Source of the DNA: Escherichia phage HHU8
Sequence record: PQ641135
DNA: 42,059 nucleotides
Reading direction: 5' to 3' (one strand)
Positions 1 to 8,878 of this stretch are shown in pieces. The notes under the pieces were generated by a model that was not told the origin of the DNA, did not search any database, and saw only the letters and a list, made by a program, of their open reading frames with translations. The first letter of the stretch is position 1, and each line of letters begins with the position of its first letter. A program made the translations under genes and the position numbers.

Positions 1-6
1 TACTCC

Positions 7-2337
7 TTATCCAAGGTACTGCACAGAGTGTAGGCGTGCCCCGTCGGATACGTAGCAGTTCTCAATTGGTGTTGTACCAGCAGGTATAGTCACTGAAGCG
101 GTACCAACCTGCACAGCTATGGATTTATTCTGGTTGAACGTTATAGTGCAGTCGTACTGACCAGCAGTAACACCCGGAGCAATGTTGTACACAGTGCCAC
201 GGTAGTTAACGTCTAACGCGCCACCCAGCGATGCCAGTGTAATTGTAAGCGCAGTAGAATGGTTAATATCTACCAGCGTCAGAAGCGTACCTGCTGAAGA
301 TGCGTTCAACACGCAGCGCAGCACTGCACCAGCACACAACAGTGGGCGGTTACGTACCTGATTTGCTGCTGTCATACCGGGCTGTACAATCTCACGCGGA
401 ATCAAGCCAACACCAGAGTAGCCGAAGTCTGTACCAGCACCACCCATATCTGAAGTAGCCAGAATAGAGATTACCTGAAGACCAGCGTACAGCTGACACA
501 CCGTTGGTATGTACTGCGCGTCATAGTCAATAGGTATGGCTGTGCCTTGGTCTAAGCCGCCACTGAGCTGGGTACTCAGCAGGTTGCCGCTCAGCCCGAC
601 ACAGCACACAGAACCTGTACCCCACTGTGGCCCGTAGACCGCCAGCACCGTATCGTCGGTCGGGTTGTCCAGAATAACCGCGTGGTTCACACCAGTAGCA
701 GATGCCTGACGGCGGCCAGTAAGACCACCCCCGAAGCGTGAGCCACTTACGTAGTAGCTGCGGTTCAGCGAGATGTTGTCGAAGTACGTCGAGTTGGCCA
801 ACCCTGCCTTATCCCACGGCTTGTACAGCACATGCGCACACACAAGCGGGATAGCCAAGTTGCGGCCCATCTGAGCATACATCAGCGTTGATGGGTGCGC
901 ACCGTCCGGCACCTGCGTGTTAGGCGAGATGTAGCGTGCAGTCTTCTCTGCGTAGTAGTAGTTATCCACTAGGTCGCAGTTCATGGCGTGAGCCACCTCG
1001 CGCATAACCTGCACGTAGTCGCGCAGACGCTTGGACTTGGCTTCGTCAATGATTTGGTACGTAGTGATGCATGGGTTAAGGTTTGGCGTCACAAGGATTG
1101 GCACCTTACCGTACTTGCGCACTGTCTCGACGAACGTTACCACGTTGAGGCGGTACTGCTCAATGCTGTTAGCCAGCTGGCTATCGTTAATGCAGTGGTT
1201 GCAGTAAACGATATTAGCAGACGAGCTGGCCATCTTAGCTTCGAATGTAGAGCCTGAGCCATCGGTACCAGCCAACATCTGAGCCATAGTAGTACCTGAG
1301 ATGCCCTTGTTGTTGACGGTGTTAGCCATACCATAAAGGTTGGTCAACGTCAGACTGAGCACAGCTGGCTGGTTGTTTGGGTCTTGCACGCCAACGTTGA
1401 TTGTAGTGGCACCCCACATAGTGGAGTCACCGTGGCAGTCGATTACCACAGGAGTACCAGCAGCCAGTTGACGGGCGTAATAGGACGCTTTGCGGTACGT
1501 CGGATACTTGAGCTTAGCTACGTCAGCTGACACTGCGCTAACTGAGTCTGCGCTAGCAGCGCCGCCAACCAGCGTATAGCCAGTAGGAGCAGCCAATTCT
1601 TCACGCAGCGACACGTCATGCAGGGGTACCCATGCGCCAGCACTGATACCGCCTGTGGTAGCTGGAGAGCTGCCCAGCGGAACCGTCTTAGGCAATGCCC
1701 CGGCCCACTTGTACTGCTGCCCATTAGCCCGATACAGCACTGTGCGGTTAGCTACAGTGATAGTCGTGCCCGCCTCGAAAGTGCCAATCAGCACACACCC
1801 GGCTTCACGGGCGTCGCGGTAATGCAGCTCGTCCACACTGAGGTTGGTCTTAGCCAGCTCTGCCGCTACACCAGCAGCAGAATCAGTGTCTGGCAGCAGC
1901 ACCTGTGGGTTACCTTCGCTGTCGAAGCCCAGATACTTGCCAGCACGCTCAGCCACGCTAGGGATTAGCGCAATCTCTGGGTCGGAGTCCGGCACGCGAA
2001 GGGTGCGGCCACGGGCATAGTCCGTCAGGTCTGAGTATTCTTGGAAGGCATACAGCAGCTGGTCGAAGTCAGCATCCAAGTTCTGTCCGGTAAACGCAGC
2101 GCCCTGTCCAAACCTGTAGCGCAGCAGGACTGATGTCAAGCGGCGAAGCATGATGGAAGTGCCCGCGTCTGGCGCACCAACGAACGTCACAGTTTTGGCT
2201 ACTATGTCAATCGTGTAGCCAGTGGTCACAATCACGTTATTGAGGCGTACCTCGACCGAGCTGGAGTCCAGCTGGTCGAAGGTATACGTGTATGTGGTTG
2301 TGCTACCATCTGCAATATACAGGTTGTAGCTTGTCAT
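7..2337 (-). CDS. tail fiber / tailspike protein: T7 gp17-like N-terminal adaptor plus central SGNH (GDSL-type) hydrolase domain
   Basis: 776-aa ORF; ATG at 2335-2337 preceded by AGGAG; stop TAA at 7-9. The N-terminal ~150 aa resemble podovirus tail-fiber adaptor regions. Residues ~295-500 carry all four SGNH blocks: GDS (HGDSTMWG), G (NKGISGTT), xND (HCINDS), DxxH (DGAHPS). Last gene of the structural module. Confidence 0.8.
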   Translation of the reverse strand: MTSYNLYIADGSTTTYTYTFDQLDSSSVEVRLNNVIVTTGYTIDIVAKTVTFVGAPDAGTSIMLRRLTSVLLRYRFGQGAAFTGQNLDADFDQLLYAFQEYSDLTDYARGRTLRVPDSDPEIALIPSVAERAGKYLGFDSEGNPQVLLPDTDSAAGVAAELAKTNLSVDELHYRDAREAGCVLIGTFEAGTTITVANRTVLYRANGQQYKWAGALPKTVPLGSSPATTGGISAGAWVPLHDVSLREELAAPTGYTLVGGAASADSVSAVSADVAKLKYPTYRKASYYARQLAAGTPVVIDCHGDSTMWGATTINVGVQDPNNQPAVLSLTLTNLYGMANTVNNKGISGTTMAQMLAGTDGSGSTFEAKMASSSANIVYCNHCINDSQLANSIEQYRLNVVTFVETVRKYGKVPILVTPNLNPCITTYQIIDEAKSKRLRDYVQVMREVAHAMNCDLVDNYYYAEKTARYISPNTQVPDGAHPSTLMYAQMGRNLAIPLVCAHVLYKPWDKAGLANSTYFDNISLNRSYYVSGSRFGGGLTGRRQASATGVNHAVILDNPTDDTVLAVYGPQWGTGSVCCVGLSGNLLSTQLSGGLDQGTAIPIDYDAQYIPTVCQLYAGLQVISILATSDMGGAGTDFGYSGVGLIPREIVQPGMTAANQVRNRPLLCAGAVLRCVLNASSAGTLLTLVDINHSTALTITLASLGGALDVNYRGTVYNIAPGVTAGQYDCTITFNQNKSIAVQVGTASVTIPAGTTPIENCYVSDGARLHSVQYLG

Positions 2338-2342
2338 ATAAG

Positions 2343-5300
2343 TTAATCTCCTTTAACTGCTTCGGTAAGGGCGCGTACGCCGGGGACTATCGACAGCAGT
2401 GGTAGAGCCATTAGTGTGTTGCCAGTAGCCTGACGCGCATTGTTAAGAATACCCCCAGCGTCGCCTTGTAAAGCAGAACGGCCAACACCAGCGACGTTGC
2501 CAGCTACACCATACACACGGTCAATGAACAGCAGGCCCGGCGCACCAAAGCTGCGCTGCTGTCCAGTCAGGACACCAGTGAACTCAGAGGCGAAGCCGAT
2601 GGCACCGAGATAGTTCAGCGCTTGGCCAGCCAGCGCACCAATAGGTCGCTTATCATCAAAGCCTTTGCCAGAGATAACATTGTTCGCAGCTGTAGCCATC
2701 ATCGCCAGCGGATACTGGTAAGCCATAAGCGTAGCCATACCACGGGCACCCTCACGGTTCCAAGTACCAACCAGCGTCTTGTTGTGCGTAGCCGCGACGA
2801 ATCGACGGAACGTAAACAGGAACTTACCGAGGGTACTGAACTCAGCAAATGCAGGCAGCTCACCTACGCGAGCGCGAACAATAGCGTCATCCATGGCGTT
2901 AATCATGACGATGCGGGAGCGATTGAACACCCCTTCATCCCAAGCGTCAGGCTTGGTGCCATGGGTACCAACCTGCTTGCGAATGTCAGCCAGCAGTGCG
3001 TCATTGGCACCGTAGGTTTTCATGGCTGCAATAGCCTTGGCATCACCTTCGGCTGCCTTACGCAGCGTCTGCATCACGAGCGCAGCATTGGTTCGAGTCT
3101 GGTGGAAGTGGATGTACTTCTGCATGTTGATGAACATCGTAGCATCACGCAGGTGTTCCATACGCATGACCCACGGAGACTTATCCGCAGAGAACATGTC
3201 GTCATAGTGCTGCATGATTGGGCGCATACGAATATCACTCGCTACAGCCGCAGTCAGCGCTTCCTCGGCATCCAGAGCCAATTGACGACCTTCCTTAGTA
3301 GACACCCTCATTTGCTTAAATAGTGCGCGTGCTTCGGGAATTGTACGCATCATGGCGCGAAATGTATTGACTGCCCCGAAACGTTGCATCATCGTGCCGT
3401 ATTCCACCAACTGCCACAGGCCAGATGCAGCCAGACCAGTAGCCTGAGTCAGCGCAGAGAGCTGGCGCATGAACTCCGGCATTTCCTCACCAACAGGAGC
3501 ACCTTGGTAGTAAGCCATGATGTTGTCGTATTGGTCGAGAGCCTTGCGACGTGCCGTGCTATCCGGGATGGATTTGGCCAGAGCCTCACGAGCGGCGGCG
3601 CGTTCAGCGTCAGTACCCAGCCCAGCCTCGTGCAGAGCCAGTCGCCCGGTAATGCGGCGGTTGTAGCTGTCCATCATGCTGGTGATACTGTCATCGAACA
3701 GGTCGCGCACCTGCAAGTTCGGGCCAAGCGTGTGCATCATGTCGATGTTGATACGGCTCTTGAGCATCGACGGTCGGCCAGCGTCCGAGCCAGACTCACG
3801 AAGGAGTGCGGAAGCACGGGCTTTGGCAGCCTCGTCGAGACCTTTCGAGTTCTCAATGATTTCGAGCAATTCATCACGACCTTCCTTGTTGATAATCATG
3901 CCGGAGTTGTCGATACCATAACCCTTACGACGAGCACGCTCAACCATGGCATGGGCGATTACGTTGGCAGTCGGGCGGTCAGTACCGATACCACGCTGCA
4001 CCGCAGTCGTCATCTGCTTCATGAATGGCTTCTTGCCGAGCAACTGCTCAGCCTGCTCAATCTTGGTCACGTTCATCCGGCGCGGGTAGTAGTACGGGTT
4101 CTTGTCTACAAAGCCCGGTTCCACCATGCCCTTCGCTTCCAGCTCACGGCCCACGGCGCGGGAGTATTCCCCCAGTCGGTCGGCGGCAGCGGCCACGTTA
4201 GCGTTCGCGCCACGGAACTCCTTGTCAATCATACGCTTGTCCAGCTCGAGACGAACAGCAGCTTCGAACTCCTGCTGCGCCCGGCGATATCCCACCGGGT
4301 CACGGAAGCGACGTAAGTTGCTCCAGCCATCAGAGTTCAGTGCGTTACGCAGAGTGTCCTCGTACTGGTTCAACAGCACACCAAAGCGAGCCTGAGTCTC
4401 GCGCTGGATTGCAGCAGCAGAGGTCATGTTAGGGTTCAGTGGGTCGTCCAGCAATCGCCCGGCGAGAGCGCTGGCTTCATCAGAATGTTGGCTGAATGAT
4501 TTGAACAGCGACCATTCTAGGAACGGACGTTTCGGGTTGGTCTGCTCCCCACGGCGAGCAAGGTCGAGACCGCGCTGGGCAGTGGCCCGGATGGATTCAG
4601 GCACTTCATCGACCACAGCAGCACCTCGCGGCCCGGCACCGAGTGACATGGCCAATGGCGAGGTCATGTTGTTCGGGTCAAACTGCGGCGGGTTGTTCGG
4701 GTCAATACCGTTGCGACGCTGCATCTCCGCTGCAAATTCCTCCGGCGACAGGTCGGCCAGCGAGCGCTGTACCGGGGCCGGGCGATAGAATGCAGTGGTG
4801 GCCGCCCCGTGCAGGGCAGCCGCGAAGATGATTTCGTTCTGAGACACAGGGCGTGCTTCGTTACCCACCGCTGTCATAGTGGCAGCAGTTGAAGCTGCAC
4901 CGACAGCGGCGGTTCCGAGGCGACCTAATTTCAGGGCAGTGCCTGCTCCCATCGAGAGCAGGTCGGTGGCGAGGTACAGCGGGTCAGCGAATTGCAGAAC
5001 CGCGTTCATCACCGGGGCAGTGTGAGCCAACTGAGTACGCTCGCGCATCTCTTGGAGCTGCTGCGTACGCCAGTTGAACTCATCCATAGATTTGGATTTA
5101 AACAGGAAAGTTCTATCGTCTTCACCAATCGGGAACTGAACCTGCTGCAACGCCTCGTTGGGCTTGAAGTCAGGGTCAGCCTGAAAGGTAGGCTTGTTGA
5201 AGGCGGCATCAAAGAGCTGAGTGGTGTCCCAGTTCTTCACAGAAGCGCTCAACGCCGTGGCAATTGGAGTGGCTTCCAGTTCCTGCATCTTTTCGAACTG

Positions 5301-5441
5301 CTCGACGGCACCCTGACGAGTGGCATCCTGCAGTGGAGTGCTGAGCGTCTCAGCTTTTACGGGAGCTGGAATCACCAGCGTAGGGGCGTTGGCCCCCTGC
5401 TTGGAAGCCATGAACTTGTCGAGCGATTCTTGTGTAATCAT
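2343..5441 (-). CDS. internal virion (ejectosome) protein, T7 gp16-like
   Basis: 1032-aa ORF directly upstream of the tail fiber; ATG at 5439-5441 overlaps the stop of the preceding gene (ATGA). Position and size fit the largest internal core protein; the C-terminal segment resembles the gp16 C-terminus by eye. Confidence 0.65.
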   Translation of the reverse strand: MITQESLDKFMASKQGANAPTLVIPAPVKAETLSTPLQDATRQGAVEQFEKMQELEATPIATALSASVKNWDTTQLFDAAFNKPTFQADPDFKPNEALQQVQFPIGEDDRTFLFKSKSMDEFNWRTQQLQEMRERTQLAHTAPVMNAVLQFADPLYLATDLLSMGAGTALKLGRLGTAAVGAASTAATMTAVGNEARPVSQNEIIFAAALHGAATTAFYRPAPVQRSLADLSPEEFAAEMQRRNGIDPNNPPQFDPNNMTSPLAMSLGAGPRGAAVVDEVPESIRATAQRGLDLARRGEQTNPKRPFLEWSLFKSFSQHSDEASALAGRLLDDPLNPNMTSAAAIQRETQARFGVLLNQYEDTLRNALNSDGWSNLRRFRDPVGYRRAQQEFEAAVRLELDKRMIDKEFRGANANVAAAADRLGEYSRAVGRELEAKGMVEPGFVDKNPYYYPRRMNVTKIEQAEQLLGKKPFMKQMTTAVQRGIGTDRPTANVIAHAMVERARRKGYGIDNSGMIINKEGRDELLEIIENSKGLDEAAKARASALLRESGSDAGRPSMLKSRINIDMMHTLGPNLQVRDLFDDSITSMMDSYNRRITGRLALHEAGLGTDAERAAAREALAKSIPDSTARRKALDQYDNIMAYYQGAPVGEEMPEFMRQLSALTQATGLAASGLWQLVEYGTMMQRFGAVNTFRAMMRTIPEARALFKQMRVSTKEGRQLALDAEEALTAAVASDIRMRPIMQHYDDMFSADKSPWVMRMEHLRDATMFINMQKYIHFHQTRTNAALVMQTLRKAAEGDAKAIAAMKTYGANDALLADIRKQVGTHGTKPDAWDEGVFNRSRIVMINAMDDAIVRARVGELPAFAEFSTLGKFLFTFRRFVAATHNKTLVGTWNREGARGMATLMAYQYPLAMMATAANNVISGKGFDDKRPIGALAGQALNYLGAIGFASEFTGVLTGQQRSFGAPGLLFIDRVYGVAGNVAGVGRSALQGDAGGILNNARQATGNTLMALPLLSIVPGVRALTEAVKGD

Positions 5442-8134
5442 TCCTGCATACCTGCGAGTAGAGTTTGGACGTAATACTGCTTACGCTCGTCCTGCGACAG
5501 CTTGTAAGCCGGGGTCGCAGCCAGAGCCTGAACAGCTTTCTCTCGGTCTCCAACACGGATTGCATCAGCCAGTTTGCTGTACGCACCCTCGGTACGATAC
5601 CAGCTTGAACCTGCCTGATAACCCATCTGCATCATGAACTGGAACTGGGCATCGTTATCACGACTCCACCCCAGTGCAGCAGCAGTGCCGGGCATCTGCC
5701 GGGCTACCATGTTGGTGTGTGCTACGAACGTATCGTGGATAGTTCGCGGAGACCATTCAGTACCGCCTTTCATACCGGAAGCCTGACCCTCAGCAAAGTA
5801 CGGGCTGCGGTCGGAGATACCGACCCCGTTCGTCTGCACGCCAGTGCTGTCACGGTAAGTGGTGCTGCGGATACCTTCGAAGTCAATCAGTTTGCCACGG
5901 GCAACAAGCATACGCTGCTCGTTTACCCCAGCAGTATTCACGCCGTTCACGCGGATACCCACGTTACTGGTCTTATCAACAAAGAGTTTCCCGTCGCCGT
6001 AGACTTCGTTATTGGCAGTGGCCGCTGCACGGTCGTCTTCACGGATGCGTTCTTGTACGACCTGCGGCAGAATGCGTACCGAGTTCGGAGAAACGTCACC
6101 TTGCTTGTTGAAGAACTGAACGTTCAGGGAGCCATCTGGCATAAAGGAGTAGGACGACTCGAAGCCTTCTGGTGCCTTGGTCTGGTCAAGTGCGGCGATA
6201 GCGCGACCGATACGGTCGGGGGCTACGTCAGCAGGCAAGCCGAGCATAGACTGAACAGTTTGGCCTCTCGGTGCGATAAGCACAGAGCCGGGGCTGAATG
6301 TGGTTTCCCCAACGCGGAGGACACGGTTGGCCAGCTTCGCAGAGGCCAGAGCTTCCATACCATCCTTCGTGATATTAGGGTTCTTGAGGACAACAGCTTG
6401 CAGTTCCTCGCGGTACGCGGCAGCCACCTCCGACATTTCCTGCGCGGCAGTAATGTCACCAGATGCGACGCGAGCTTGGAACAGGTTCTGCTGAGTGTCT
6501 GAGAACAGACCAGCCAGCCCCTGCCAAGTGCGAGATAAGAAGCCCTGAGCCTCAAGGGAGTTCACCACGTTGTTAACGTCAGATTGACGCTGCGTGAGAA
6601 TTTGAGATTTCTGTGCCGGGGTTAAGCCAGCATAGTCCTGCTGCTGCTTGATGTAACCCTGACCAGCTTGGTCGATGGTGCGCCCGGCCTTAATCTGCTC
6701 GCGCATGTACACCATCTTCTCTTGGTTTTCCTCGGACAGACCGGACAGGAGTTTAGTCCACGCGGTCTTGTCACCCTGATTCTCGGCCACGGTTACGCGG
6801 TCAATCAGCCCGGTCACGGTAGCGGCTGCGTCAGGGTTCATTTCATCCACGGTGCCGAAGTTCGACAGGGATGGTTCAATCAGTTTCGCGGCAGACTTGT
6901 ACGCGGAAGGGAAACCAGTCTGTGCGCCAACTTGCAGCAGGTCGAATGCCACGGAGCTTGCCGTCGCGCCCGGTTGCTTCATGCGAGCCTTGATGAATGC
7001 GTCAGCACCATCCTGCTCGCTCGCGCCCTGCTGGAGCATGTACGTCTGGTTCCCGGTAGCGTAAGCCTGACCGAGCTGACTGGCCTTGGCTTGCTTGGCG
7101 TAATCCTTGTAGAAGGACTCGATAGCCGAGCTGAAACCACTGGCGCTAATCAGTTTGTTGTCCACCATCTGCTGGAGCGTCTGAGTGTACTGCTCCGGCG
7201 TAACGTCACCGAACACTGCTTGCCGTGCGTCGAGCTGACCTTTCTGTGCCAGCAGACCCATGTTGTCCTGAACCTCGGTACGAGATTTGGATTCACGAAT
7301 CTGACCTTGCAGCTTGGCCAAGTCTTCCGCAGGCAGCTCGTTGAACAGCCCGGAGTTCACAGCAGTCTCGACCGGAGTACGCAAATCCTGCTGGAGCATC
7401 AGCCCCATCATGGACGTTACCTGAGTCCGGCGAGTTTCCAGTGGTAGCTTCTCGTCTGCCAGAATGGACTTGGCCCATGCCATGGTCGCAGCCGTAGCGT
7501 TAGCGTACGCGCCGCCGTCACCAGTTGCTTTGGCCTGAGCCGCCAGAGTAACGAGAGTGTTACCCTGCGAGTTGTACATCGCCGCACGCTGCTCAACCAG
7601 ATACTTACCATGCTGGGCAGCCTGCGTACGGATAAGGGTATTGCTGAACGTGAGCTGGTTTTCCAGCAGAGCCTTACGGCCATTCAGCGTCATGCCATCA
7701 GTGTTCTCGAACAGGCCAGTGGTCTTCTCGTCCACCACCTTCAAGAACTCGTCAGGACTCATTTTCGCGTACTGCGGCATGTTAGCCGAGATTTCAGAGG
7801 CGACGTTCGCCATCTGCATACGCTTGTACTGGTCGTTATAACCAGCCTTTTGGAACTGGGCGGTTAGCCAGTTTGAATCCAAATCCTCAACGGCCTTCCC
7901 GCTCGCGGCGGCGTTGGCACCTTTGAGGTATTCTTCCTCGTTCGCACGTTCAGTGACACGACCAGCCAACTGGCTGGCCATGTTCAGTACGCGCTGAATA
8001 GACTCGGTAGGAAACGTGTCGATGCGAGTATCGCGGCCTGCGAGACTAAACGGAGTCTGCGCCTGCTGCACACTTGGTAATCCCTGCTGCGCAGCATTAA
8101 TGTTAGCGCCACGCTGGTCACGCAAAGTAGCCAT
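5438..8134 (-). CDS. internal virion protein, T7 gp15-like
   Basis: 898-aa ORF between the gp14-like and gp16-like genes; ATG at 8132-8134. Call based on synteny and size. Confidence 0.6.
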   Translation of the reverse strand: MATLRDQRGANINAAQQGLPSVQQAQTPFSLAGRDTRIDTFPTESIQRVLNMASQLAGRVTERANEEEYLKGANAAASGKAVEDLDSNWLTAQFQKAGYNDQYKRMQMANVASEISANMPQYAKMSPDEFLKVVDEKTTGLFENTDGMTLNGRKALLENQLTFSNTLIRTQAAQHGKYLVEQRAAMYNSQGNTLVTLAAQAKATGDGGAYANATAATMAWAKSILADEKLPLETRRTQVTSMMGLMLQQDLRTPVETAVNSGLFNELPAEDLAKLQGQIRESKSRTEVQDNMGLLAQKGQLDARQAVFGDVTPEQYTQTLQQMVDNKLISASGFSSAIESFYKDYAKQAKASQLGQAYATGNQTYMLQQGASEQDGADAFIKARMKQPGATASSVAFDLLQVGAQTGFPSAYKSAAKLIEPSLSNFGTVDEMNPDAAATVTGLIDRVTVAENQGDKTAWTKLLSGLSEENQEKMVYMREQIKAGRTIDQAGQGYIKQQQDYAGLTPAQKSQILTQRQSDVNNVVNSLEAQGFLSRTWQGLAGLFSDTQQNLFQARVASGDITAAQEMSEVAAAYREELQAVVLKNPNITKDGMEALASAKLANRVLRVGETTFSPGSVLIAPRGQTVQSMLGLPADVAPDRIGRAIAALDQTKAPEGFESSYSFMPDGSLNVQFFNKQGDVSPNSVRILPQVVQERIREDDRAAATANNEVYGDGKLFVDKTSNVGIRVNGVNTAGVNEQRMLVARGKLIDFEGIRSTTYRDSTGVQTNGVGISDRSPYFAEGQASGMKGGTEWSPRTIHDTFVAHTNMVARQMPGTAAALGWSRDNDAQFQFMMQMGYQAGSSWYRTEGAYSKLADAIRVGDREKAVQALAATPAYKLSQDERKQYYVQTLLAGMQE

Positions 8135-8136
8135 GA

Positions 8137-8877
8137 TTAGCCCCCAAAGATTGAACCTGAGCCGTAGCCCATGTAACGATTTGAATCATATTGCGCCGGA
8201 ACCGGGTTAAATTCCCCAGCCTTTTGCATCCAGTTAGTTGTTCCATAACTCGCTGTCGTAGAGCCGAGGTTACTGAACGTTGACGCTGTAGCGCCTGCAC
8301 TGCCACTCTGCGTGCCAGTACCTTTCGCACCTTCGGTCGGCATGTAGTCGAAGCTGGTCTGCGCGAGGCTTGAAGCGAACTGCATAGCGGATACGCCAAT
8401 GGCGCGACCCACAATCATGCTGTTGCTCGCTGGTTTCTGCGAATAACGCTGAGCTGCGACTGCTGTGTCGATGATATCGTTGATGCTGGTGTCTAGGTTC
8501 ATCTCCTGAATCTGCTCGTTGAACCGGGTCTGCGCTTGGCTTTCCTGATTCTGTCGGTTGATATCCGTAACCGCCTCATCGACCGACGCACCTTCAATCC
8601 CAGCGGCGGCGGCGTTGTTAATGCTCGCCCCGGCTGCGCGGTTCGCTTCCTTGTTGATGTTGTACAGGTCGGTGCCAGTCTGCTGCCGGAGCAGCCCACG
8701 CTGAAGGTTAACGGTATTGATACGCTGGCCCATTGCTTGCCACGTCTGCTTATTCAGCCGCTCATTCTCGGCTTGCACAGCTTTCATCTGCGCACGCTCA
8801 GCGCGTCCTTGCGCATACGTGGTAATGAAAGAGTTCGTGGCGTCAGCACCAGCTTTGGCGAAGGCAGCCCAACCCAT
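8137..8877 (-). CDS. internal virion protein, T7 gp14-like
   Basis: 246-aa Gly/Ala/Ser/Gln-rich ORF immediately after tail tubular protein B; ATG at 8875-8877. Call based on synteny. Confidence 0.5.
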   Translation of the reverse strand: MGWAAFAKAGADATNSFITTYAQGRAERAQMKAVQAENERLNKQTWQAMGQRINTVNLQRGLLRQQTGTDLYNINKEANRAAGASINNAAAAGIEGASVDEAVTDINRQNQESQAQTRFNEQIQEMNLDTSINDIIDTAVAAQRYSQKPASNSMIVGRAIGVSAMQFASSLAQTSFDYMPTEGAKGTGTQSGSAGATASTFSNLGSTTASYGTTNWMQKAGEFNPVPAQYDSNRYMGYGSGSIFGG

Positions 8878-8878
8878 A

